From: a virus | Taxonomy: Duplodnaviria > Heunggongvirae > Uroviricota > Caudoviricetes | Strand: one strand, 5' to 3' | IMG/VR virus record: IMGVR_UViG_2880412407_000004 | Length of the DNA: 55,013 nt | In this document: positions 9,382 to 19,239 of the stretch, piece after piece | How positions within the stretch are numbered: the stretch's first letter is position 1 | Layout: every line of letters begins with the position of its first letter | The notes under the pieces: model-generated | Told to the model about the DNA's origin: nothing | The model's input: only the letters and a program-made list of their open reading frames with translations | Database searches by the model: none | Translations under genes and position numbers: made by a program

Positions 9382-10239
9382 TTATCGTTTATTTCTTTGA
9401 TGTTTCTTTGCAGACTCAGCTTGAGTGTTTCCATACCTGCGTTTACCGCTATTGTTTTTTCCTCTAGGCTTGCCTTTTTTTCGAGCTTCCCACCAGTCAG
9501 GTGCCGGGTCTGGCTCAACATGTAAAGCATCGGCAAGTCCTGATATCAAGCTGTATGACTGAACTCCATCAATGTGCTCTGACAGTGATGGGGTAACATT
9601 CTGTCTTAGTGGATCAAGAATAAAATCAATACCTTTAATTCTGGCGTGTTTGGCGGCAGGCACAAAGTCTGAGTCCCCAGCAACAAGGACAATTACATCA
9701 ACAAGTTTTTCATAAGCTAAAGTCGTGATATCCATCCCTAGCTTGATATCAACTTGTTTTTGTTTGATGTCATAGTAAAAATCATCATTTGTCAGTTCAT
9801 CCCATTTTTTCGTTCCTTTCATCAGAGCATCAAGGGAGAATGTAGTTAGTTGCCATCGCTTATTATCAACAAGATTCCCTAATCTTAAGGCTGTTTTTCG
9901 AGTTTTTCTTAACTCTTCATGCAGCTCCGTTCTCAGAATATATGATTTTTCGAGTTTGAAATTCTTGCGACCAGGCGTCTTATTGCCAGGCTCAGGAAGT
10001 GGAAGGCGTGTTTGAATGTCGAGTGGTGGACAGTCATAGAAGTAAATTCTATAAAGCTCAAGCGGTTCCCTACGTTCTTGTGATTGACGTTTTCCATTAA
10101 GATGGGAAAGAACCATTGACCATATTACTTTCATTATGCATTGCGCAGTCAGTTCATGCTCGGCGAAGTGTTTACGATGCGTAGCATGAACACGCTGCAT
10201 GAAAAAACCCGCATCAATTAAAATTGCTGCTTTCTTCAT
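9382..10239 (-). CDS. NYN-domain (LabA/PIN-like) protein with highly basic C-terminal tail, at the rexAB position
   Basis: 285-aa ORF; N-terminal AILIDAGFF, QKQVDIKLGMDI and VIVLVAGDSDFVPAAKHARIKGIDFIL fit NYN-domain conserved acidic motifs; C-terminus ARKKGKPRGKNNSGKRRYGNTQAESAKKHQRNKR; co-oriented with and immediately downstream of cI. Confidence 0.6.
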   Translation of the reverse strand: MKKAAILIDAGFFMQRVHATHRKHFAEHELTAQCIMKVIWSMVLSHLNGKRQSQERREPLELYRIYFYDCPPLDIQTRLPLPEPGNKTPGRKNFKLEKSYILRTELHEELRKTRKTALRLGNLVDNKRWQLTTFSLDALMKGTKKWDELTNDDFYYDIKQKQVDIKLGMDITTLAYEKLVDVIVLVAGDSDFVPAAKHARIKGIDFILDPLRQNVTPSLSEHIDGVQSYSLISGLADALHVEPDPAPDWWEARKKGKPRGKNNSGKRRYGNTQAESAKKHQRNKR

Positions 10240-10366
10240 AAGAGTCCCAAAAAAATAGCCCAGAGCCGTTATGCAGATATTAACAATTGTCTGCGAACGG
10301 GGCTGGGCTTGGTTTAATTAATCTATGCCAAGTTGACTGTGCCGTCAACATAAAACTTACTTCCTA

Positions 10367-11083
<717 letters not shown>

Positions 11084-11087
11084 TTAA

Positions 11088-11160
11088 ATCTATCACCGCA
11101 AGGGATAAATATCTAACACCGTGCGTGTTGACTATTTTACCTCTTGCGGTGATAATGGTT
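11088..11160. promoter_or_regulatory. OR1-OR3 operators with divergent pRM and pR
   Basis: TATCACCGCAAGGGATA (OR3), TAACACCGTGCGTGTTG (OR2), TACCTCTTGCGGTGATA (OR1); -35 TTGACT and -10 GATAAT upstream of cro. Confidence 0.85.
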
Positions 11161-11171
11161 GCATGTACTAA

Positions 11172-11381
<210 letters not shown>

Positions 11382-11388
11382 ATAACCC

Positions 11389-11435
11389 CGCTCTTACACA
11401 TTCCAGCCCTGAAAAAGGGCATCCAATTAAACCAC
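11389..11435 (+). promoter_or_regulatory. nutR (boxA CGCTCTTAC, boxB GCCCTGAAAAAGGGC)
   Basis: Lambda nutR boxA and boxB sequences between cro and cII. Confidence 0.65.
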
Positions 11436-11499
11436 ACCTATGGTGTATGCATTTATTTGCATACATTCAATCAATTGTTATCTAAGGAAATACTTACAT

Positions 11500-11793
11500 A
11501 TGGTTCGTGCAAACAAACGCAACGAGGCTCTAAGAATCGAGAGTGCGTTGCTTAACAAAATCGCAATGCTTGGAACTGAGAAGACAGCGGAAGCTGTGGG
11601 AGTTGATAAGTCGCAGATCAGCAGGTGGAAGAGAGACTGGATTCCAAAGTTCTCAATGCTGCTTGCTGTTCTTGAATGGGGTGTCGTTGACGACGACATG
11701 GCTCGATTGGCGCGACAAGTTGCTGCGATTCTCACCAATAAAAAACGCCCGGCGGCAACCGAGCGTTCTGAACAAATCCAGATGGAGTTCTGA
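11500..11793 (+). CDS. cII: CII transcriptional activator
   Basis: MVRANKRNEALRIESALLNKIAMLGTEKTAEAVGVDKSQISRWKRDWIPKF... (97 aa) matches lambda CII; ORF-track entry starts upstream. Confidence 0.95.
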   Translation: MVRANKRNEALRIESALLNKIAMLGTEKTAEAVGVDKSQISRWKRDWIPKFSMLLAVLEWGVVDDDMARLARQVAAILTNKKRPAATERSEQIQMEF

Positions 11794-11815
11794 GGTCATT
11801 ACTGGATCAATCTAC
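11739..11815 (-). ncRNA. oop: OOP antisense RNA (position inferred from lambda)
   Basis: cII 3-prime end and cII-O junction are lambda-like; coordinates placed by analogy, not verified base by base. Confidence 0.3.
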
Positions 11816-11825
11816 AGGAGTCATT

Positions 11826-12725
11826 ATGACAAATACAGCAAAAATACTCAACTTCTGCAGAGGTAACTTTGCCGGACAGGAGCGTAATGTGGCAGATCTC
11901 GATGATGGTTACGCCAGACTATCAAATATGCTGCTTGAGGCTTATTCGGGCGCAGATCTGACCAAGCGACAGTTTAAAGTGCTGCTTGCCATTCTGCGTA
12001 AAACCTATGGGTGGAATAAACCAATGGACAGAATCACCGATTCTCAACTTAGCGAGATTACAAAGTTACCTGTCAAACGGTGCAATGAAGCCAAGTTAGA
12101 ACTCGTCAGAATGAATATTATCAAGCAGCAAGGCGGCATGTTTGGACCAAACAAAAACATCTCAGAATGGTGCATCCCTCAAAACGAGGGAAAATCCCCT
12201 AAAACGAGGGATAAAACATCCCTCAAATTGGGGGATTGCTATCCCTCAAAACAGGGGGACACAAAAGACACTATTACAAAAGAAAAAAGAAAAGATTATT
12301 CGTCAGAGAATTCTGGCGAATCCTCTGACCAGCCAGAAAACGACCTTTCTGTGGTGAAACCGGATGCTGCAATTCAGAGCGGCAGCAAGTGGGGGACAGC
12401 AGAAGACCTGACCGCCGCAGAGTGGATGTTTGACATGGTGAAGACCATCGCGCCATCAGCCAGAAAACCGAATTTTGCAGGGTGGGCTAACGATATCCGC
12501 CTGATGCGTGAACGTGACGGACGTAACCACCGCGACATGTGCGTGCTGTTCCGCTGGGCATGCCAGGACAACTTCTGGTCCGGTAACGTGCTAAGTCCGG
12601 CCAAACTCCGCGACAAGTGGACCCAGCTCGAAATCAACCGTAACAAGCAACAGGCAGTCGTGACAGCCAGTAAACCAAAACTCGACCTGACAAACACAGA
12701 CTGGATTTACGGGGGGGATCTATGA
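11826..12725 (+). CDS. O: Replication initiator O
   Basis: 299-aa ORF MTNTAKILNFCRGNFAGQERNVADLDDGYARLSNMLLEAYSGADLTKRQFKVLLAIL... matches lambda O; contains ori iterons. Confidence 0.95.
   Translation: MTNTAKILNFCRGNFAGQERNVADLDDGYARLSNMLLEAYSGADLTKRQFKVLLAILRKTYGWNKPMDRITDSQLSEITKLPVKRCNEAKLELVRMNIIKQQGGMFGPNKNISEWCIPQNEGKSPKTRDKTSLKLGDCYPSKQGDTKDTITKEKRKDYSSENSGESSDQPENDLSVVKPDAAIQSGSKWGTAEDLTAAEWMFDMVKTIAPSARKPNFAGWANDIRLMRERDGRNHRDMCVLFRWACQDNFWSGNVLSPAKLRDKWTQLEINRNKQQAVVTASKPKLDLTNTDWIYGGDL
12194..12300 (+). other. Lambda-type replication origin: four iterons plus AT-rich region inside O
   Basis: Repeats ATCCCTCAAAACGAGGG / ATCCCCTAAAACGAGGG / ATCCCTCAAATTGGGGG / ATCCCTCAAAACAGGGGG followed by an A-rich tract. 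Confidence 0.85.
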
Positions 12726-13423
12726 AAAACATCGCCGCACAGATGGTTAACTTTGACCGTGAGCAGATGCGTCGGATCGCCAACAACATGCCGGAACAGT
12801 ACGACGAAAAGCCGCAGGTACAGCAGGTAGCGCAGATCATCAACGGTGTGTTCAGCCAGTTACTGGCAACTTTCCCGGCGAGCCTGGCTAACCGTGACCA
12901 GAACGAACTGAACGAAATCCGCCGCCAGTGGGTTCTGGCTTTCCGGGAAAACGGGATCACCACAATGGAACAGGTTAACGCAGGAATGCGCGTAGCCCGT
13001 CGGCAGAATCGACCATTTCTGCCATCACCCGGGCAGTTTGTCGCCTGGTGCCGGGAAGAAGCATCCGTTATCGCCGGACTGCCAAACGTCAGCGAGCTGG
13101 TTGATATGGTTTACGAGTATTGCCGGAAGCGAGGCCTGTATCCGGATGCGGAGTCTTATCCGTGGAAATCAAACGCGCACTACTGGCTGGTTACCAACCT
13201 GTATCAGAACATGCGGGCCAATGCGCTTACTGATGCGGAATTACGGCGCAAGGCTGCCGATGAACTGACCTGTATGACAGCGCGAATTAACCGTGGTGAG
13301 ACGATACCTGAACCAGTAAAACAACTTCCTGTTATGGGCGGTAGACCTCTAAATCGTGCACAGGCTCTGGCGAAGATCGCAGAAATTAAAGCTAAGTTCG
13401 GACTGAAAGGAGCAAGTGTATGA
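12722..13423 (+). CDS. P: Replication protein P (DnaB helicase loader)
   Basis: 233-aa ORF MKNIAAQMVNFDREQMRRIANNMPEQYDEKPQVQQVAQIINGVFSQLLATFPASLANRDQNELNEIRRQW... matches lambda P. Confidence 0.95.
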   Translation: MKNIAAQMVNFDREQMRRIANNMPEQYDEKPQVQQVAQIINGVFSQLLATFPASLANRDQNELNEIRRQWVLAFRENGITTMEQVNAGMRVARRQNRPFLPSPGQFVAWCREEASVIAGLPNVSELVDMVYEYCRKRGLYPDAESYPWKSNAHYWLVTNLYQNMRANALTDAELRRKAADELTCMTARINRGETIPEPVKQLPVMGGRPLNRAQALAKIAEIKAKFGLKGASV

Positions 13424-13710
13424 CGGGCAAAGAGGCAATTATTCATTACCTGGGGACGCATAATAGCTTCTGTGCGCCGGACGTTGCCGCGCTAACAGGC
13501 GCAACAGTAACCAGCATAAATCAGGCCGCGGCTAAAATGGCACGGGCAGGTCTTCTGGTTATCGAAGGTAAGGTCTGGCGAACGGTGTATTACCGGTTTG
13601 CTACCAAGGAAGAACGGGAAGGAAAGATGAGCACGAACCTGATTTTTAAGGAGTGTCGCCAGAGTGCCGCGATGAAACGGGTATTGGCGGTATATGGAGT
13701 TAAAAGATGA
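13420..13710 (+). CDS. ren: Ren
   Basis: 96-aa ORF MTGKEAIIHYLGTHNSFCAPDVAALTGATVTSINQAAAKMARAGLLVIEGKVWRTVYYRFATKEE... matches lambda Ren. Confidence 0.9.
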   Translation: MTGKEAIIHYLGTHNSFCAPDVAALTGATVTSINQAAAKMARAGLLVIEGKVWRTVYYRFATKEEREGKMSTNLIFKECRQSAAMKRVLAVYGVKR

Positions 13711-13783
13711 CCATCTACATCACTGAGCTAATAACAGGCCTGCTGGTAATCGCAGGCCTTTTTATTTGGGGGAGAGGGAAGTC

Positions 13784-14224
13784 ATGAAAAAACTAACCTT
13801 TGAAATTCGATCTCCAGCACATCAGCAAAACGCTATTCACGCAGTACAGCAAATCCTTCCAGACCCAACCAAACCAATCGTAGTAACCATTCAGGAACGC
13901 AACCGCAGCTTAGACCAAAACAGGAAGCTATGGGCCTGCTTAGGTGACGTCTCTCGTCAGGTTGAATGGCATGGTCGCTGGCTGGATGCAGAAAGCTGGA
14001 AGTGTGTGTTTACCGCAGCATTAAAGCAGCAGGATGTTGTTCCTAACCTTGCCGGGAATGGCTTTGTGGTAATAGGCCAGTCAACCAGCAGGATGCGTGT
14101 AGGCGAATTTGCGGAGCTATTAGAGCTTATACAGGCATTCGGTACAGAGCGTGGCGTTAAGTGGTCAGACGAAGCGCGACTGGCTCTCGAATGGAAAGCG
14201 CGATGGGGAGACAGGGCGGCATGA
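13784..14224 (+). CDS. ninB: NinB (Orf recombination mediator)
   Basis: [81 protein letters not shown]... matches lambda NinB. Confidence 0.85.
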   Translation: MKKLTFEIRSPAHQQNAIHAVQQILPDPTKPIVVTIQERNRSLDQNRKLWACLGDVSRQVEWHGRWLDAESWKCVFTAALKQQDVVPNLAGNGFVVIGQSTSRMRVGEFAELLELIQAFGTERGVKWSDEARLALEWKARWGDRAA

Positions 14225-14403
14225 GACGACAGCGACGAAGTTTCACCGACATCATCTGCGAAAACTGCAAATACCTTCCAACGAAACGCTCCAGAAATAA
14301 ACGCAAGCCAATCCCAAAAGAATCTGACGTAAAAACCTTCAACTACACGGCTCACCTGTGGGATATCCGGTGGCTAAGACATCGTGCGAGGAATACAAGG
14401 TGA
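14221..14403 (+). CDS. ninE: NinE-like small protein
   Basis: 60-aa [60 protein letters not shown] within ORF 14161..14403. Confidence 0.55.
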   Translation: MRRQRRSFTDIICENCKYLPTKRSRNKRKPIPKESDVKTFNYTAHLWDIRWLRHRARNTR

Positions 14404-14570
14404 TTGACCCAAATCGAAGTTACGAACAAGAAAGCGTCGAGCGGGCTTTAACGTGCGCTAATTGCGGTCAGAAGCTGCATGTGCTGGAAGTTCACGTGTG
14501 TGAGTACTGCTGTGCAGAGCTGATGAGCGATTCGAATAGCTCGATGCACGAGGAAGAAGATGATGGCTAA
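14400..14570 (+). CDS. ninF: NinF-like small zinc-ribbon protein
   Basis: GTG-start [56 protein letters not shown] within ORF 14358..14570. Confidence 0.5.
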   Translation: MIDPNRSYEQESVERALTCANCGQKLHVLEVHVCEYCCAELMSDSNSSMHEEEDDG

Positions 14571-15183
14571 ACCAGCGCGAAGACGATGTAAAAACGATGA
14601 ATGTCGGGAATGGTTTCACCCTGCATTAGCTAATCAGTGGTGGTGCTCTCCAGAGTGTGGAACCAAGATAGCACTCGAACGACGAAGCAAAGAACGCGAA
14701 AAAGCGGAAAAGGCAGAAAAGGCAGCAGAGAAGAAACGACGACGAGAGGAGCAGAAACAGAAAGATAAACTTAAGATTCAAAAACTCGCCTTAAAGCCCC
14801 GCAGTTACTGGATTAAACAAGCCCAACAAGCCGTAAACGCCTTCATCAGAGAAAGAGACCGCGACTTACCATGTATCTCGTGCGGAACGCTCACGTCTGC
14901 TCAGTGGGATGCCGGACATTACCGGACAACTGCTGCGGCACCTCAACTCCGATTTGATGAACGCAATATTCACAAGCAATGCGTGGTGTGCAACCAGCAC
15001 AAAAGCGGAAATCTCGTTCCGTATCGCGTCGAACTGATTAGCCGCATCGGGCAGGAGGCAGTAGAGGAAATCGAATCAAACCATAACCGCTATCGCTGGA
15101 CTGTCGAAGAGTGCAGGGCCATCAAGGCGGAGTATCAACAGAAACTTAAAAAACTGCGAAACAGCAGAAGTGAGGTTGCATGA
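14560..15183 (+). CDS. ninG: NinG (Rap, recombination-promoting nuclease)
   Basis: 207-aa ORF with conserved Cys clusters ([10 protein letters not shown]...CSPECG; CISCG...CVVCNQHK) as in lambda NinG. Confidence 0.85.
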   Translation: MMAKPARRRCKNDECREWFHPALANQWWCSPECGTKIALERRSKEREKAEKAEKAAEKKRRREEQKQKDKLKIQKLALKPRSYWIKQAQQAVNAFIRERDRDLPCISCGTLTSAQWDAGHYRTTAAAPQLRFDERNIHKQCVVCNQHKSGNLVPYRVELISRIGQEAVEEIESNHNRYRWTVEECRAIKAEYQQKLKKLRNSRSEVA

Positions 15184-15845
15184 ATATCTACGAAAGAATT
15201 GATGGCAGCAAATACCGAAATATTTGGGTAGCTGGCGATCTGCATGGATGCTACACGAACCTGATGAAAAAACTGGAGACGATAGGATTCGACACCAAAA
15301 AAGACCTGCTTATCTCGGTGGGCGATTTGGTTGATCGCGGTACAGAGAACGTAGAATGCCTGGAATTAATCACATTCCCCTGGTTCAGAGCTGTACGTGG
15401 AAACCATGAGCAAATGATGATTGATGGCTTATCAGAGCGTGGAAACGTCAATCACTGGCTGCTTAATGGCGGTGGCTGGTTCTTTAATCTCGATTACGAC
15501 AAAGAAATTCTGGCTAAAGCTCTTGCCCATAAAGCAGATGAACTTCCGTTAATCATCGAACTGGTGAGTAAAGGAAAAAAATATGTCATCTGCCACGCCG
15601 ATTATTCTTGTGATAAATACGAGTTTGGAAAGCCAGTTGATCATCAGCAGGTAATCTGGAACCGCGAACGAATCAGCAACTCACAAGACGGGATCGTGAA
15701 AGAAATCAAAGGCGCGGACACGTTCATCTTTGGTCATACGCAAGCAGTGAAACCACTCAAATTTGCCAACCAGATGTATATCGATACTGGCGCAGTGTTC
15801 TGCGGAAACCTCACATTGATTCAGGTACAGGGAGAAGGCGCATGA
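15180..15845 (+). CDS. ninI: Ser/Thr protein phosphatase (lambda PPase, NinI)
   Basis: 221-aa ORF with calcineurin-like metallophosphatase motifs GDLHG, GDLVDRG, GNHE; matches lambda phosphatase. Confidence 0.9.
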   Translation: MNIYERIDGSKYRNIWVAGDLHGCYTNLMKKLETIGFDTKKDLLISVGDLVDRGTENVECLELITFPWFRAVRGNHEQMMIDGLSERGNVNHWLLNGGGWFFNLDYDKEILAKALAHKADELPLIIELVSKGKKYVICHADYSCDKYEFGKPVDHQQVIWNRERISNSQDGIVKEIKGADTFIFGHTQAVKPLKFANQMYIDTGAVFCGNLTLIQVQGEGA

Positions 15846-15974
15846 GACTCGAAAGCGTAGCTAAATTTCATTCGCCAAAAAGCCCGATGATGAGCGACTC
15901 ACTACTGGCCACAGTTTATTGGTTTTCGTAACTGAGTCATTTTATTATTTTATTGCAACTTTTAATCTTTTATA

Positions 15975-16020
15975 GTGCGAAATAAATGGAGCTAGCATTC
16001 ATTTCGCACTTTATGTTTTT
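15975..16020 (+). terminator. Putative terminator after the nin operon
   Basis: Inverted repeat GCGAAAT...ATTTCGC followed by a T-rich segment. Confidence 0.3.
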
Positions 16021-16056
16021 GTTGGACTTATGTTATTTTGATTGAATTCAATTCAG

Positions 16057-17016
16057 TTAAAAAAAGAAGGTGATTGCTCCATTTATAAATGAATAGTCAT
16101 CCCCTGTCTTGAATTCTGATGTTACTTTATTAAATGCTAGTGTGAAGGCTACAGGTGCATACCCAATTGTTGCGCCAACTTGATATTCATCAACAGTTTT
16201 GTTTAGCGATACTGTTGTTTGTTTCGTCTGTATTGTTTTTCCTTCGAGAGTATAGTTGCGATTGACATCTCGTCTTTCCATACCTGCAAAAATCTTGTAT
16301 TTGAATCCGCTTGTATCGGACATATGCATTAAACCACGGGGAGCCAGCAGACCAAAGCCATTATCCGAATTGAAGGTTTTATCATTACCAATGGCAATGG
16401 TTGCGCCATATGCTACATATTGAAATAAGTTTCCAGTAACAGCAGAAACTTCAGGGTATAATCCAACATTAGCACCTAAAATATCCATACTTGGTGTCAT
16501 GGATAGCATCCCTTTTACAGTATAACCGTAGCGATTCTCTATTTGATCATCCCATGCATGATATTTTTCTGCCCCAATAATCTCATGAGCTTTATTTTGT
16601 ACTTTCTGACCGCCTGCGTCGGGGCCAACAACACCTATGTCAGTACCTAATCGATAGCGAATCCAGTCATTCGCAAGGGAGTTCCATTCAATACCTGTGT
16701 GAGTGTATGCGCTAAAAGCTCTGTCTCCAGTTACAGCTGTGTTGTGTCTTTTATTACTGCCTGATGGAGAGTAAATATCTTGCGCAATATGGAGAGATAA
16801 TTGGCTCGAGTCTGAGATATCGTGGCTATATCCCAGAAATAAGCCTTGTGAGTAATCATCTCTGTTTTCATGTTTATTGCCATAAATATCATTAAGTATT
16901 GGTTGAAACTTCCCTGCATCATCATTTGCTAATGATAATGCAAGGCTGTTCGCGATAGCTGAACACGTGGTAAATGACAGAGCAATAAAGACGCCAGCGA
17001 TGACACTTTTTTTCAT
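16057..17016 (-). CDS. Predicted outer-membrane beta-barrel protein (signal peptide, C-terminal aromatic residue); AT-rich cargo gene
   Basis: 319-aa ORF with N-terminal signal-like MKKSVIAGVFIALSFTTCSAIANSLA, alternating Gly/Tyr-rich amphipathic segments, terminal FFF; opposite orientation to flanking phage genes. Confidence 0.55.
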   Translation of the reverse strand: MKKSVIAGVFIALSFTTCSAIANSLALSLANDDAGKFQPILNDIYGNKHENRDDYSQGLFLGYSHDISDSSQLSLHIAQDIYSPSGSNKRHNTAVTGDRAFSAYTHTGIEWNSLANDWIRYRLGTDIGVVGPDAGGQKVQNKAHEIIGAEKYHAWDDQIENRYGYTVKGMLSMTPSMDILGANVGLYPEVSAVTGNLFQYVAYGATIAIGNDKTFNSDNGFGLLAPRGLMHMSDTSGFKYKIFAGMERRDVNRNYTLEGKTIQTKQTTVSLNKTVDEYQVGATIGYAPVAFTLAFNKVTSEFKTGDDYSFINGAITFFF

Positions 17017-17408
17017 ATGTTATTGTCTTCCTTTTTTTTGAATGGTGCGCGTATTTTACATACATGAGTTTGTAATACAAGGTGCGTAATCAATATGATG
17101 TTTTATAATTGCGTGAGACAATTGATTTATTCGTTTTTTATTGTTGTTTTTATTATCTTTTAATGTAACGGTGTTTTTATTAGGTGTGTTTGTGTGGTGT
17201 TTTATGTTTTTATAATTTTTATTTTATTAAATTTAAATGCATTAGTAATGGCTATTCTATATAGCAATATAAGAACTGTTACAAAAAAAGGGGGGGGGCA
17301 ATTACAGGTAGTTATGGATGATGAGTGAAACAGATATTGGAGAACCGGGGAATGAATGATGTCTGAGTCTTATATATCAGAACTCCTTCGCTGTCGCTGG
17401 GGGCTCCT

Positions 17409-18182
17409 GTGCTTATGTCGTTTCCCCGATTCGGTTTTGAACGATTACCGAATGTTGAAGAATTATGCCAAAATATAGAAAGGATTTACTGCATGAATAC
17501 CCAATATTTACAGTATGTTCGTGAGCAACTTATGGCAGCTACTGCTGACTTGAACGGAGCAACGAAAGGCCAGCTCGAAGCCTGGCAGGAGCATGCACAA
17601 TTTGATACTGGTACATACAAACGAAAGAAGCCGCGCATTCTGGATGTGGTAACTGGCAAGATGATTACGCTGGATAATACGCCGACTTCCGGTAAGCAGT
17701 CGTACGCAAAAGGTTCATCCATTGCTTTGGTCAGCCCGGTTGAATTCTCAACCTCTTCATGGCGCCGCGCGGTTTTGTCTCTCGATGAACATCAGAAAGC
17801 ATGGTTGCTTTGGTGTTACAGCGAAAGCGTTCGATGGGGGCATCAGGTCACCATAACGCAATGGGCATGGAGCGAGTTTAAAGATTTGTTAAGTAACAGA
17901 AAAATTGCAGGTAAGACACTGGATCGCCTGAAGACGTTAATCTGGCTGGCTGCACAGGATGTGAAGAGCGAACTTGCAGGGCGTGAGGCCTATGAATACC
18001 AGACACTGGCATCATTGGTGGGAGTGACAACAAAAAACTGGTCCGAGACATTTACTGAACGCTGGGTTGCAATGAAGCACATTTTTCTACAGCTTGATAG
18101 TGATGCTTTATTGCTTGTGACGAAAACACGTTCAAAACAAAAGGCAGCATTTTTACAGCAAAATATTGCAAAACTGGATTAA
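17409..18182 (+). CDS. Putative late-gene antiterminator (Q-like) assigned by position; family uncertain
   Basis: 257-aa ORF (possible true start MNTQYLQY at 17493) between the nin region and a hairpin plus T-run; occupies the lambda Q position but is unlike lambda Q. Confidence 0.35.
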   Translation: MLMSFPRFGFERLPNVEELCQNIERIYCMNTQYLQYVREQLMAATADLNGATKGQLEAWQEHAQFDTGTYKRKKPRILDVVTGKMITLDNTPTSGKQSYAKGSSIALVSPVEFSTSSWRRAVLSLDEHQKAWLLWCYSESVRWGHQVTITQWAWSEFKDLLSNRKIAGKTLDRLKTLIWLAAQDVKSELAGREAYEYQTLASLVGVTTKNWSETFTERWVAMKHIFLQLDSDALLLVTKTRSKQKAAFLQQNIAKLD

Positions 18183-18227
18183 AAGTCATATACTTCATGC
18201 AAATTTGGTATGTTGTAAAAAATGTAT

Positions 18228-18257
18228 AAACCCGCTGCCGAGTGGGTTTTTTTATGC
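18228..18257 (+). terminator. Candidate tR-prime-like terminator or qut-region hairpin downstream of the Q-like gene
   Basis: AAACCC-(10 nt)-GGGTTT stem followed by a run of T. Confidence 0.4.
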
Positions 18258-18350
18258 CCTGAGTTGTACTTGTACGGTAAACATGCTGGCTGCTATGTAA
18301 TAGAGTTTTTTTAGCCTGTAACCTCTTGACGGCATTGAATTGCTTTTGTT

Positions 18351-19109
18351 ATGAGTTGTAAGCCAATGTTATCATCTTGTATTGGGGGGGTTATGAAGGA
18401 TGGTGCGCTGCTCAGGAGTTCTTCACTTTTTATTGCCTACATGGGATGCCTTGGATGGGGGAGTGCTTATTTCTATGGATGGGGTACTTCTTTTTACTAC
18501 GGCTTCCCATGGTGGATTGTAGGTGCAGGTGTTGATGATGTTGCCAGAAGTTTATTTTTTGCAGTTATCGTCATTGCTATATTTCTTATCGGTTGGGGTA
18601 TTGGTGTTGTATTCTTTTTCGCAGTGAAAAGAAAACATTCTATGCAAGAGCTAAATGTATTTCGCCTTTATTTTGCTGTGGAATTATTGTTTGTGCCGGC
18701 AATTATTGAGTTTTCTATATTGAGACAGAAGATTCAGGTACCTCTTTTGCTACTGTCAGCAGCGATTGCGCTGGCGGTTACAATTTCGATAAGATCTTAT
18801 GGGCGATTTTTATCGGTATCATGCTTCTATGATAAGCCATTTATAAAAAAACATTTTTTTGAGATTGTGATGATTGCTTTTGTGGCATATTTCTGGCTTT
18901 TTTCATTTCTGACAGGATATTACAAACCACAGTTTAAGAAAGAATATGAAATGATTAATTATAATGATGGTTGGTATTATGTTCTTGCTCGTTATGATAA
19001 TTGTCTGGTTTTGTCTACTTCTTTCAATGCAGGTAGTAAAAGGTTTGTCATTTATCAATCAGCACAAGATAAGAATCTTCAGGTTGATATTGTAAGGACC
19101 AGAATTTAA
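18351..19109 (+). CDS. Multi-pass inner-membrane protein of unknown function; AT-rich cargo at the stx-equivalent position
   Basis: 252-aa ORF with several hydrophobic helices (WWIVGAGV..., FFAVIVIAIFLIGWGIGVVFFFAV, VPLLLLSAAIALAVTISI, IVMIAFVAYFWLFSFL) and a C-terminal soluble region; low GC relative to phage backbone. Confidence 0.55.
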   Translation: MSCKPMLSSCIGGVMKDGALLRSSSLFIAYMGCLGWGSAYFYGWGTSFYYGFPWWIVGAGVDDVARSLFFAVIVIAIFLIGWGIGVVFFFAVKRKHSMQELNVFRLYFAVELLFVPAIIEFSILRQKIQVPLLLLSAAIALAVTISIRSYGRFLSVSCFYDKPFIKKHFFEIVMIAFVAYFWLFSFLTGYYKPQFKKEYEMINYNDGWYYVLARYDNCLVLSTSFNAGSKRFVIYQSAQDKNLQVDIVRTRI

Positions 19110-19239
19110 TTGGCTGCATAAATAATATTTTAAGTTGCAAGTTGGCTATTCGTAGGAATAGAACCTTAGGCATGCTGAATGCGTTTTCTGAACATTGTTT
19201 TATAAACTGTGTCTGCTTGCTGTTGTGATCCTGCTTTTA

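Noticed and set aside
18183-18350. Searched for tRNA genes between the Q-like gene and the lysis region, as found in Stx phages
   Set aside because: No tRNA-like sequence (T-loop GGTTCGAATCC-type motif with matching acceptor stem) was recognised by eye anywhere between 18183 and 19650; cannot be excluded without tRNAscan
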